Origin: an uncultured Bacillota bacterium
Lineage (GTDB): Bacteria; Bacillota_I; Bacilli_A; RF39; UBA660
NCBI GenBank assembly: GCA_946630315.1
Contig: CAMOYT010000002.1
Location: forward strand, 562-64,561
Length of the DNA: 64,000 bases
Reading direction: 5' to 3'
Shown: in pieces, positions 17,084 to 26,694 of the stretch
How the letters are laid out: the number at the start of each line of letters is the position of its first letter
Numbering within the stretch: the first letter of the stretch is position 1
Position numbers and translations under genes: made by a program
Notes under the pieces: generated by a model
What the model was told of the DNA's origin: nothing
The model's input: only the letters and a program-made list of their open reading frames with translations
Databases searched by the model: none

Positions 17084-18421
17084 ATGACATATTCAAGATG
17101 GGCAGATAAAGAAGAAATATTATCTAAAACTACCCAAATCAGTTATGATTCTATAATCAATAAATCAGGCATTGAAATAATGTATGATGATAAACATCTA
17201 TATATTGATGATAAAGAAACACATAACTTAGTAGTGGGTTCAACAGGTAGTGGAAAAACCCAAACTACATTATTACCACAAGTACGTTTAGCAATTAAAG
17301 CAAATGAATCATTTATTGTTAATGATGTACAAGGTGAAATATATGAAAGAGTAAGTGGAGAAGCTAAAAAGAACAATTATAATTTATATGTAATTGATTT
17401 AGAAAATGGAAAAGTAGGTAATAATTACAATCCATTTACTATTCCATATAAATTATATAAAGAAGGAGAAAAAGATACAGCCTTAGATATGATAGAGAAA
17501 ATAGGTTACTACTTCTTAGGACAAGAAAATATTAATAATAATATTGATCCGTTCTGGGAAAATGCTGCTATTAGTCTATTTATTGGTATAACAATCTATT
17601 TATTTGATCATGCTAAAGAAGAAGAAATAAATTTAAATAGTATTTCAAATCTAGTAAATTACTTAGATAAGTTAGAAGACTATATCAAAAATGTTGATAA
17701 AACATCATTAATCTATGCTTATTTAGCAAGTATTGTTTTAGCACCACCAGAAACAAAAGGTTCTATTATCTCAGTATTTAGTCAAAAAATAAAACAATTC
17801 ACAACAAGAGAAAGTATAACTAAAGTACTAAGTGCAACAAACATAAATCTATTAGATATTCAAAAAGAAAAAACAGCTCTCTTTATAATAAATGCTACTA
17901 AGAATACATCACGTAGTCTAGTATCATTAATAATAGATCAAGCTGTCACAGTAGCAATCAGCAAGAATAATAGAGAAAGAAGATTAAATATCTATTTTGA
18001 TGAATTTGAAAACTATAAAGCAATAAAAGATTTTAATGATATCTTAACTATATCAAGAAGTCACAATATTAGATTTAATATCTATTTAAAAAGCTTATTA
18101 GAATTAGACAACACCTATGGCAAAGAAAATAGTGAATTATTAAAAATGTCTTTTGCAAATATTATCTATCTTTTAGCAAATGACTTAGAAACTCTAGAAC
18201 AAATATCTAGATTATGTGGAAGAAAAGATGAAAATACTCCATTAATTACTGTAGAAGAATTAAAAAGATTTGACTACTTTGAAGCCATTATTATATCTCC
18301 AAGGATTTATCCAATTAGAACAAAATTATTACCAGATTATAAAATAGAATGGAAATTTGCAGAAGATAAAGTACCAATAACAGAATTAGAATATACAGAA
18401 AGTCATATATTTAATATCTAA
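17084..18421 (+). CDS. VirD4/TraG/TraD-family type IV coupling-protein-like ATPase, soluble, no N-terminal TM segment
   Basis: Walker A HNLVVGSTGSGKTQTTLLPQ, then FIVNDVQGEIY, NYNPF, DPFWENAA, and Walker B-like LNIYFDEFEN. SD aggaggg upstream. Confidence 0.65.
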   Translation: MTYSRWADKEEILSKTTQISYDSIINKSGIEIMYDDKHLYIDDKETHNLVVGSTGSGKTQTTLLPQVRLAIKANESFIVNDVQGEIYERVSGEAKKNNYNLYVIDLENGKVGNNYNPFTIPYKLYKEGEKDTALDMIEKIGYYFLGQENINNNIDPFWENAAISLFIGITIYLFDHAKEEEINLNSISNLVNYLDKLEDYIKNVDKTSLIYAYLASIVLAPPETKGSIISVFSQKIKQFTTRESITKVLSATNINLLDIQKEKTALFIINATKNTSRSLVSLIIDQAVTVAISKNNRERRLNIYFDEFENYKAIKDFNDILTISRSHNIRFNIYLKSLLELDNTYGKENSELLKMSFANIIYLLANDLETLEQISRLCGRKDENTPLITVEELKRFDYFEAIIISPRIYPIRTKLLPDYKIEWKFAEDKVPITELEYTESHIFNI

Positions 18422-18555
18422 TATGCAAGAAACATTAGAATTTTTTAAAGAGAAGAAATTCTCTTTTTTATTATAGAAAACATAAGGTATCTTTATTTGT
18501 ATAAATATCAAATTTATGATAAAATCTAAGTGAATATAATATGTAGGAGGCAAAT

Positions 18556-19654
18556 ATGGAATTAAGAGAAATAAAAAAAGAACTAGAAGATAAATCTACT
18601 ATTATAAATAATCTATGGAGGTCACTTTGACATTCCTAAAATAGAAGAAGAAATAACTAAATTAGAAGAAAAAACAAATGACTTATCTTTCTGGAATGAT
18701 CGTGAAAGTGCAGAAAAAGTAATTAAAGAGCTAAATGATAAAAAGAATTTAGTTAATAAAATACAAGATTTAAAAAATAAAGTAACAGACAATCTTGGCC
18801 TAATATCATTACTAGAAATAGATATAGATGAAGACAGTATTAATGAATTAGAAAAAGATACAGAAGATTTATCTAAAGAAATAGATGAATTAAATTTATT
18901 ATTACTATTAAATGGACCATATGATAAAAATGATTGTATTGTAGATATTCACTCAGGAGCAGGTGGAACAGAAGCCTGTGATTGGGCTGATATGTTATAT
19001 AGAATGTATTTAAGATATTGTGAAAAGAAGAATTATAAAGTAACAACACTTGATTATCAACCAGGTGAAGAAGCTGGAATAAAAAGTGTATCATTTAAAG
19101 TACAAGGTACATATGCCTATGGTTATTTAAAAAATGAAAAAGGAGTACATCGACTAGTAAGATTATCTCCATTTGATTCAAACAATAGACGACATACATC
19201 TTTTGCATCAATCGAAGTAACACCAGAAATAGAACAAGATAACACTATCGAAATAGATGAAAAAGACCTAAAAATAGATGTTTATAGATCTACAGGAGCC
19301 GGAGGACAAGGAGTAAATACAACAGACTCTGCTGTAAGAATTACTCACTTACCTTCAAAAATAGTTGTAACTTGTCAAAATGAAAGAAGTCAAATTCAAA
19401 ATAAAGAACAAGCTCTACGAGTATTAAAAAACAAATTATTATTAATAAAATTAGAAGAACAAGAAAAAGAATTAAAACAAATTCAAGGAGATCAAAAAAA
19501 CATAGAATTTGGTTCCCAAATAAGAAGTTATGTAATGCATCCATATTCTATGGTTAAAGATCATCGTACTAATGCTGAAACAAGTAATGTTACTAAAGTA
19601 TTAGATGGTGATTTAGATATGTTTATAGAAGAGAATTTAAAAAGAGGTTTATAA
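18556..19654 (+). CDS. prfB: peptide chain release factor 2, translated with a programmed +1 frameshift at 18625-18631
   Basis: Frame 0 (18556-18627) gives MELREIKKELEDKSTIINNLWRSL, then an in-frame TGA at 18628-18630. The +1 frame continues DIPKIEEEITKLEEK... through the SPF motif and GGQ (GAGGQGVNTTDSAVRITHLP) to the stop at 19654. The ORF track shows only the last 220 aa. Confidence 0.92.
18617..18631 (+). promoter_or_regulatory. RF2 autoregulatory frameshift site: internal SD GGAGG, 3 nt, then CTT TGA C
   Basis: The sequence ggaggtcactttgac matches the canonical prfB shift cassette. Confidence 0.9.
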
Positions 19655-20535
19655 TGAGTTTAATTTCCAAAAGAAAATATCGTAAATTATTAAATAAGAT
19701 TAATCATAAGTCATTACCATTAAGATTTATGAGTTTTCTTGCTGGATGCTTTTTAATCTCAATATCTTATAATATCTTCCTAGTAGAAAATAAAATTGTT
19801 CCAGGTGGAGTAGGAGGTATAGCAATCATTTTAAATTCTATATTTACTATAGAAAACTGGAAGATAATACTAATATCAAATATCATATTGCTTACTATTA
19901 GCTATTTTACTCTAGAAAAAGAACAAACCAAAGCATCTATCATAGGCTCACTATTATTGCCAGTATTTATATATTTAACTCAAAATATAAATGTATGGTT
20001 AGAAATAGATGCAACAGAAAAAGTATTATCTGCTGTCTTCGGTGGAGTAATCTATGGCTTTGGAGCAGGACTAGTCTTTAAAGCAGGCTTTACAACAGGA
20101 GGAACAGACATAATAAACCAAATAATATCTAAATATGCCAAAATATCTATAGGTAATAGTATGTTACTAAGTGATGGCTTAATAGTATTATCAAGTGCCA
20201 TCTTCTTTGGACCAATGAACTTATTATATTCAATTATCGTTCTATATATTATTAGTCTAATGTCAGATAAAGTAATACTAGGTATATCAGATAATAAAGC
20301 ATTCTATATAATTACTGAAAAAGAAGAAGAAGTAAAAGACTATATCTTTACTAATCTAGGACATAGTGTAACCATATTTAATGCTAAAGGTGGTTTTAAA
20401 AAAGAAAAAGAAAATGTATTATTATGTGTCTTACCAACTAGAGACTATTACAAGTTAAAAGAAGGAATACATGAGATAGATAAAGAGGCTTTCTTTGTAG
20501 TAACAGATGCCTACGAAGTATTTGGAGGCGAATAA
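19654..20535 (+). CDS. YitT family membrane protein (DUF2179 C-terminal domain)
   Basis: Five or six TM helices, including GGTDII, plus a C-terminal AFYIITEKEEEVKDYI...VTIFNAKGGF domain. Confidence 0.75.
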   Translation: MSLISKRKYRKLLNKINHKSLPLRFMSFLAGCFLISISYNIFLVENKIVPGGVGGIAIILNSIFTIENWKIILISNIILLTISYFTLEKEQTKASIIGSLLLPVFIYLTQNINVWLEIDATEKVLSAVFGGVIYGFGAGLVFKAGFTTGGTDIINQIISKYAKISIGNSMLLSDGLIVLSSAIFFGPMNLLYSIIVLYIISLMSDKVILGISDNKAFYIITEKEEEVKDYIFTNLGHSVTIFNAKGGFKKEKENVLLCVLPTRDYYKLKEGIHEIDKEAFFVVTDAYEVFGGE

Positions 20536-20536
20536 T

Positions 20537-21373
20537 ATGAATGAAAGACATGAATATAAAAGAGCCTTTCTAATGGCTTCCTCATTAATGGTAAATGCTG
20601 TACTATATAATTTATTTCTATTTCCTCTAGACTTAGTAACAGGGAGTGCCTCAGGTGTAGGAACAATTACTTACCATTTATATAATATTGATCCTGCTCT
20701 AATGGTTTTATTAATTTCAATCGCTTGTATCATAATATCTTTTATGTATTTAGGGATTGAGAAAACCTTAGGAACAGTAATCGCATCAGCTGCTTATCCA
20801 TTCTTTATTGCCATAACTGCACCATTAAATACAATGATTCAAGCAAAACCAGAAGATATGCTAATAATAGTAGTATTTGCCGGAATATTACAAGGTATAG
20901 CAAATGGCTTAATGTATAGAAGTGGTTATTCTAATGGAGGTTTCCCAATAATAAGCCAAATACTAGATGAAAAGTACAAAATACCAGTTGCCAAATCATC
21001 TCTAGTAATAAACTTAATAATAGTATTTATCGGAGGACTAATCTTTGGCAGTATCAATGTTATGTATGCCATAATATTCTTATATATCAATGACATAGTA
21101 TTAAACAAAGTATTATTAGGCATAAATAATAATAAATCATTCTACATAATAACAAGTGAAGAAGAAGAGATAAAAGACTATATAGTAAATGACTTAAAAC
21201 ATCAAGTAACAGTATTTAATGTAAAAGGTGGTTTTATGGAAAAAAGAAAAAAAGCCATTTTAGCAATCATACCTAGTATTGAATACTACAAAGTAAAACA
21301 ACATATTAAGGTAATAGATAAAGAAGCTTTTTGTATAGTAACAAATTCATATCAAGCGGAAGGTGCCAAATAG
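20537..21373 (+). CDS. YitT family membrane protein, tandem paralog
   Basis: Same architecture as the upstream gene (SFYIITSEEEEIKDYI...VTVFNVKGGF). I moved the start to ATG 20537, after the SD ggagg. Confidence 0.75.
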   Translation: MNERHEYKRAFLMASSLMVNAVLYNLFLFPLDLVTGSASGVGTITYHLYNIDPALMVLLISIACIIISFMYLGIEKTLGTVIASAAYPFFIAITAPLNTMIQAKPEDMLIIVVFAGILQGIANGLMYRSGYSNGGFPIISQILDEKYKIPVAKSSLVINLIIVFIGGLIFGSINVMYAIIFLYINDIVLNKVLLGINNNKSFYIITSEEEEIKDYIVNDLKHQVTVFNVKGGFMEKRKKAILAIIPSIEYYKVKQHIKVIDKEAFCIVTNSYQAEGAK

Positions 21374-21459
21374 TGTCAAAACTAAAGAATAACAAGGACC
21401 ATTTATTTATAAGAACTTAATAATATGTTAAAATAATTAATAAGGTGGTGAATAAATAC

Positions 21460-22158
21460 ATGGATTTAATTAGATTAAAAAACGTTGAAAAGAAATACAA
21501 AAATGGAGTAACTGCCATATATGATTTAAATCTAGCCATCGAAAAAGGCTCATTTGTCTTTATAATTGGTGGTTCAGGTAGTGGAAAATCTACTTTAATA
21601 AAGATGTTATATCGTGAAGAAAAACCTACTAAAGGAAAAATAGTAGTAGGTGGACTTGACGTTGGAAAAATAAGAAATTCAAAAGTATATAAATTAAGAA
21701 GGAAGTTAGGAATAGTCTTTCAAGACTTTAGATTATTGCCTAAATTAACAGTATTTGAAAATGTAGCTTTTGCTCTAGAAGTAATAGGAGCACCAAAGAA
21801 TGAAATAAGAACAAAAGTATTAAAAGCTCTAGAAGATGTAGGATTAAAGAACAAAGTTCATAATTATCCAGATCAATTATCAGGAGGAGAACAACAAAGA
21901 GTAGCTATAGCAAGAGCAATAGTAAATGATCCAAAATTATTACTATGTGACGAACCAACAGGAAACTTAGATCCAGATCGTAGTTTAGAAATAATGAAAG
22001 TACTAGAACAAATAAATAAGAGTAGAGGAACAACTATTCTTATGGCAACACATGATAGAGAAACAGTAAATAAAATGAAAAAACAAGTAATTACTCTAAA
22101 AGATGGTCACCTAGTAAAATTTAAACAGAAAGGAACATATACCGATGAAGCTATTTAG
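21460..22158 (+). CDS. ftsE: cell division ATP-binding protein FtsE
   Basis: Motifs GGSGSGKST, LSGGEQQRVAIARA and LLCDEPTGNLD. An ftsX-type gene follows. The start at ATG 21460 lies 9 nt after the SD aaggtggtg. Confidence 0.88.
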   Translation: MDLIRLKNVEKKYKNGVTAIYDLNLAIEKGSFVFIIGGSGSGKSTLIKMLYREEKPTKGKIVVGGLDVGKIRNSKVYKLRRKLGIVFQDFRLLPKLTVFENVAFALEVIGAPKNEIRTKVLKALEDVGLKNKVHNYPDQLSGGEQQRVAIARAIVNDPKLLLCDEPTGNLDPDRSLEIMKVLEQINKSRGTTILMATHDRETVNKMKKQVITLKDGHLVKFKQKGTYTDEAI

Positions 22159-23044
22159 AATGTTAGGAAGAAGCATAAGAGATGCTTTCAAAAGTGTAAT
22201 TAGAAACTTTTATCTTTCTTTAGCCTCTATCTCATGTATAACAATAACTCTAATTATTGTCGCAGTAGCAATCATAGCTTCCTTAAATGTTGAGAACTTT
22301 ACTAAAGAAATAGAAAAAGATTTAACAATAGTTGTTTTCTTAGATAATGATGTAACAGAAGAAGAAATAGAAGATACAGAAAAAAGTATTAAAAGTCTAA
22401 CTAATGTAGAGAGCTATATCTTCAAATCAAAAACAGAAGTAAAAAAACAAATGCAAGAAGAATCAGAAGTATTTAATACAGTACTAAATAATTGGGATGA
22501 AAACGAAAGTCCATTAAAAGACACATTCCAAGTAAAAGTAAAAGATGTTGAAAAGATTTCAGCAACAGCAAAAAGAATAGAAAAATTAAATAAAGTATCA
22601 GTAGTAAGATATGGAGAAGGAATGGTAGATAAACTAATAGTTGCTTTCTCATCAGTAGAAAAAGTAACTTATGGTATTGTACTAGCTTTAATACTAGTAA
22701 CAGTATTCTTAATAGTTAATACAATTAAATTAACAATTTCTGCTAGAAAAGATGCTATAGAGATAATGAGATTAGTAGGAGCATCAAACTTCACAGTAAA
22801 AACTCCATTTATTATTGAGGGAATGATCCTAGGATTATTTGGGTCAATTGTCCCAGTACTAATAACTACATATGGATACTTAGCTTTCTATAAGCATTTT
22901 GAAGGTCACTTATTCTCTCCATTAATAGAGTTAATAAAACCAGAACCATTTATATATACAGTATCCTTAATAGTAATAGGAATTGGTATATTAGTAGGTA
23001 TGATAGGTAGTGCTAGTGCCGTAAGAAGATACTTAAAGATATAA
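22145..23044 (+). CDS. ftsX: cell division permease FtsX
   Basis: One TM helix, an extracellular loop domain, then three C-terminal TM helices. It overlaps ftsE. Confidence 0.85.
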   Translation: MKLFRMLGRSIRDAFKSVIRNFYLSLASISCITITLIIVAVAIIASLNVENFTKEIEKDLTIVVFLDNDVTEEEIEDTEKSIKSLTNVESYIFKSKTEVKKQMQEESEVFNTVLNNWDENESPLKDTFQVKVKDVEKISATAKRIEKLNKVSVVRYGEGMVDKLIVAFSSVEKVTYGIVLALILVTVFLIVNTIKLTISARKDAIEIMRLVGASNFTVKTPFIIEGMILGLFGSIVPVLITTYGYLAFYKHFEGHLFSPLIELIKPEPFIYTVSLIVIGIGILVGMIGSASAVRRYLKI

Positions 23045-24228
23045 TGAAAAATAAAATACTAGTAAGTTTCACAATTGGTTTAATGCTTGTTTCTATGTTT
23101 GCACTACCGATAGAAACAAGTGCTCAAACAATAGCTCAATTTGAAGCTGAAGTAGAAAAATATACTGCTCAATTACAAGAAAAGAAAAACAAACTTGCTA
23201 AAAACGATGCTGAAATAGAAGAAATAAAAAAGAAAATATCAAATATTGAATCACAAATTGATGCAGCAGAAAAAGAAATAAAAGAATTACAAGATGAGAT
23301 AGATAAAAGTAATAAAGAAATAGAAAAGAAAAGCGAAGAAAGTAAAAAAATAATCGAGTATTATCAGATATCAAATGGTAATAATGCTTATTTAGAATAT
23401 GCTTTTGGAGCAACAGATATAACTGATATGGTATATCGTATGTCTATCGTAGAGCAATTAACTGATTATAACGATAAAGTTATGAAAGAATTAGAAGCTC
23501 TAATCAAGAAAAATGAGCAACAACAAAAAGACTTAGAACAAAAAGAAAAAGAATTAGAGGCATTAAAGGAAGAACTAGAGTCAGAAAAAGAAAGAATTAA
23601 TGCTGATTCTAAATCAATAAAAGAAACAATGCCAGGTATTGAAGAACAAATAAAACAAGCAAAAAACAATTTAAATTATTATAAAGGCTTAGGTTGTGGT
23701 AAGAATGAAGAAATAAGTGCTTGCCAATATCGTATAGAACAAAGTCGTGGAACATCATCTGGAGGAGGATCAGTACCAAGTACTAATGGTTTCTATAGAC
23801 CAATAGAATATGGTTATATTACTCAATGGTATGGTGGATATGGTGGCCACATGGGAGTAGATATGTCTAGTAGTAATAAGACAATCGCAATCTATCCAAT
23901 CGCAACAGGACAAGTATTCTTCAAAGGATATGACACATATGGAGCCTTAGTAATAAAAATAAGACACAATGTAAACGGAAGATACATCTATTCAACATAT
24001 GCCCATATGTCTAGATTTGGTGCTGTATCAGTAGGACAAAACGTATCACCATTTACTCAAATAGGTAATATGGGATCAACAGGTTGGTCAACAGGACCAC
24101 ACTTACATCTAGAAATAACTTCATGTGATTGGAATAGAGGAGGAGGTTGTACTTGGGCAACATACCAAAGAAGTACAATTAATCCAACAAGTTATGTAAG
24201 CTTCCCATCTAGATGGAATAATAGATAA
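23044..24228 (+). CDS. coiled-coil plus M23 peptidoglycan DD-metalloendopeptidase (EnvC/PcsB-like FtsEX partner)
   Basis: Signal peptide, a long Glu/Lys coiled coil, and the M23 motifs HMGVDM and GPHLHLE. Translationally coupled to ftsX. Confidence 0.85.
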   Translation: MKNKILVSFTIGLMLVSMFALPIETSAQTIAQFEAEVEKYTAQLQEKKNKLAKNDAEIEEIKKKISNIESQIDAAEKEIKELQDEIDKSNKEIEKKSEESKKIIEYYQISNGNNAYLEYAFGATDITDMVYRMSIVEQLTDYNDKVMKELEALIKKNEQQQKDLEQKEKELEALKEELESEKERINADSKSIKETMPGIEEQIKQAKNNLNYYKGLGCGKNEEISACQYRIEQSRGTSSGGGSVPSTNGFYRPIEYGYITQWYGGYGGHMGVDMSSSNKTIAIYPIATGQVFFKGYDTYGALVIKIRHNVNGRYIYSTYAHMSRFGAVSVGQNVSPFTQIGNMGSTGWSTGPHLHLEITSCDWNRGGGCTWATYQRSTINPTSYVSFPSRWNNR

Positions 24229-24229
24229 A

Positions 24230-24253
24230 AAAAGAACCTAACGGTTCTTTTTA
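24230..24253. terminator. bidirectional terminator
   Basis: agaacc (24233-24238) pairs with ggttct (24243-24248), between an A-run and a T-run. Confidence 0.55.
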
Positions 24254-24660
24254 TTATCTTCTCTATTAATAAATTCTTCATACACTTCACCTAAAGATAA
24301 CTCATCTTCATTACCTTTAGATACAATACTAACATCATATGAATAATCTAAATCACTATATAAAGCAAGTATTGCAAGTAACTGTTCATTTGTAAGTTTC
24401 TCCAAACTATCTATAAATAAGAAACCACCTTGATACAATCTATCACCCTCAGTACATCCAATATATACTGCAAGACCTAATTCTTTTAACATTATTCTAA
24501 TTAATTCATCAATATTATCACTATCAATCACAACACCTAGTTTATCTTTAATAATATTTCTAAAAAAGACTCTATGATAATTACTCTCTTCCATAGTAGA
24601 AATATTACCATCTACATCTATTACTGCACCAGGTGTTCTTTTAGTAACTTTACCTGTCAT
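24238..24660 (-). CDS. hypothetical protein
   Basis: Long ORF in A+T-rich DNA. I moved the start to Met16 of the track ORF, which has a ggtgg SD upstream; Met1 has none. Confidence 0.5.
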   Translation of the reverse strand: MTGKVTKRTPGAVIDVDGNISTMEESNYHRVFFRNIIKDKLGVVIDSDNIDELIRIMLKELGLAVYIGCTEGDRLYQGGFLFIDSLEKLTNEQLLAILALYSDLDYSYDVSIVSKGNEDELSLGEVYEEFINREDNKKNR

Positions 24661-24737
24661 ATTACCACCAATATTATTATAACATACTTTCAATTTTATT
24701 ATCATTATGGTAAAATCTAATCATAATAGGTGATAAT

Positions 24738-25841
24738 ATGAAAGACTATAAAATATGTGTTTATGGCATATGCAAAAATGAAGAAAAATTTATAAATCGT
24801 TTTATGGATTCATTAGAAGAAATAAAAGATCACATATATCTACTAGACACAGGTTCTACAGATAATACAGTAGAATTATTTAAAGAAAGAGGAGCTCATA
24901 TAAAGCAAAAAAACTATCGTAAGTTTGAATTTGATAAAGCAAGAAATGATTCTCTAAACCTAGTACCAGAAGAATATGATATATGTATATGTCTAGATAT
25001 AGATGATTGTATAGAACCAGGTTTTATTAAAAAAATTAAAGATAATTGGCAAGAAGATACTTCTCAAATGAAATATACATATCACTATACATTAGATGAG
25101 AATGATAATCCCTTAGTAACATTCTTAAATAATCATATTCATAGAAGAGACTGCTACAGATGGAAATATCCAATACATGAAGTATTAGAATATTTAGGTG
25201 AAGATGAAAAGATAATAGAAGTACCAGAATTAATAATAAGACATAGACCAGATTGTACAAAATCAAGAAAGTTCTATCTAGAACTATTAGAAGAATTTGT
25301 TGAAAGTCATCCAGAAGATACAAGAAATACATTCTTACTCGCAAGAGAATATCAAACAAGACAAGAATGGTTAAAGTGTATTGAAGTATCTCATCAATAC
25401 TTAAAAAATGAGAATGCTACATTTAAACCAGAAAGATGTAAATTAATGACTTTTATGGCCAAATCATATTTAAATCTTAAATATTATGAAGAATCATTAT
25501 TCTGGGCAGAAAAAGCTATAGAAGAACTAGATAATACAAGAGACCCATATGTCATAATAATAATGAATTACTATGAAAGAAAAGATTATGATAATACTAT
25601 TAAGTATGCCTTAAAAGCCTTAGAAATAACAGAATATAATAATCAAACAATAGATGACTCTGCTTGTTGGAATGGTACTATCCTAGACTTTTTATCATTA
25701 GCTTACTTCTATAAAGAAGATTATGATAATGCTATTAAATATATAGATATGGATATAGAACAAAATCCTCAAATAGATAGATTAAAAGATAATAAAAGAA
25801 TATTTATAGAAGCCAAAGAAAATAAAGAAGCTAATTCCTAG
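24738..25841 (+). CDS. family 2 glycosyltransferase fused to TPR repeats
   Basis: The N-terminus has ICVYGICKNEEKFI, LLDTGSTDNT and a D-x-D motif (LDIDD). The C-terminal half has Tyr/Ala-rich TPR-like repeats. Confidence 0.65.
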   Translation: MKDYKICVYGICKNEEKFINRFMDSLEEIKDHIYLLDTGSTDNTVELFKERGAHIKQKNYRKFEFDKARNDSLNLVPEEYDICICLDIDDCIEPGFIKKIKDNWQEDTSQMKYTYHYTLDENDNPLVTFLNNHIHRRDCYRWKYPIHEVLEYLGEDEKIIEVPELIIRHRPDCTKSRKFYLELLEEFVESHPEDTRNTFLLAREYQTRQEWLKCIEVSHQYLKNENATFKPERCKLMTFMAKSYLNLKYYEESLFWAEKAIEELDNTRDPYVIIIMNYYERKDYDNTIKYALKALEITEYNNQTIDDSACWNGTILDFLSLAYFYKEDYDNAIKYIDMDIEQNPQIDRLKDNKRIFIEAKENKEANS

Positions 25842-25894
25842 CTTCTTTACTTTATATAAAAAATATGTTATAATAAGCGCCGTTTGGAGGAATT

Positions 25895-26686
25895 ATGGCA
25901 CTTTATAATAGAATAATAAGACAATTAGATAAAGATGGTTATACTAGTGAACTATATCGTTTCCAAGGAGGAAATAGTTTTAACTGTATAAGATCAAATA
26001 AAATAGATAATTCAGGTTACTTATATTTTTCAAACTCTCTAGATCATCATCAATACTTTACTCTAAAAAGAATAAAACAATTATTAAGTAAAGAATTACA
26101 AAAAGAAGATTTAGTACTATCAAGTAATAATCTACAAGATCAAGACACATATTCTAGAATAAAAAAACTAGTATTAAATGATGAAAATATAAAAAACTTA
26201 TTTAGTTATAAATTAATATATGATAAAAAATATATAGAATTAATAAAAGATAATTACTTTTATCAAGACAAAAAACCACAAGGAGCTATAGAAAGAGTAG
26301 ATAGAAGAGTATATGGTGGAGGCTATGGAGTAAGAGATGAATGGAAACAATTACTAAGTTATTTAACACTATTTACTACTTCAAAAGAAATAACAAGAGA
26401 AGATCTAGTAGAAATACTAATTAATATGCGTAAAACTAATAAAATGAATAATAAAAATAATTTAGATTTCTTTATAAAAGATAGATCACGTTCAATTACT
26501 ACTCTAAGTGACAGTCTAATAAGTGATTTTACTAAATATGATATAATGAATGCCTTAGAATCAATCATGGAAAAAGGTTTATATAATCCTAATAGTGAAT
26601 TAGGTAAATATCCATCTAAAACAATAAAAGAAGTAGTAACACATTATCAAGATACAAAAGAAAAGACTTTACAATTACTTAAGTAA
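25895..26686 (+). CDS. hypothetical protein
   Basis: 263-aa ORF with the SD ggagg upstream. I recognise no motif. Confidence 0.55.
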   Translation: MALYNRIIRQLDKDGYTSELYRFQGGNSFNCIRSNKIDNSGYLYFSNSLDHHQYFTLKRIKQLLSKELQKEDLVLSSNNLQDQDTYSRIKKLVLNDENIKNLFSYKLIYDKKYIELIKDNYFYQDKKPQGAIERVDRRVYGGGYGVRDEWKQLLSYLTLFTTSKEITREDLVEILINMRKTNKMNNKNNLDFFIKDRSRSITTLSDSLISDFTKYDIMNALESIMEKGLYNPNSELGKYPSKTIKEVVTHYQDTKEKTLQLLK

Positions 26687-26694
26687 AGTCTTTT

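Noticed and set aside
17084-18421. Calling the region around the VirD4/TraG-like gene an integrative conjugative element or other mobile element.
   Set aside because: No integrase, relaxase, VirB4/TcpF, replication genes, flanking direct repeats or tRNA target is visible. A single T4CP-like gene is not enough for a mobile-element call.
18628-18630. The possibility that this very A+T-rich, Mollicutes-like sequence uses genetic code 4, with TGA read as Trp.
   Set aside because: TGA terminates well-defined genes (for example uvrA at 40269-40271 and the ATGA junction at 53723-53726). Trp is encoded by TGG in conserved motifs. An RF2 gene with the UGA-dependent frameshift is present. Peptidoglycan enzymes (Ldt, M23, S66) are also encoded.
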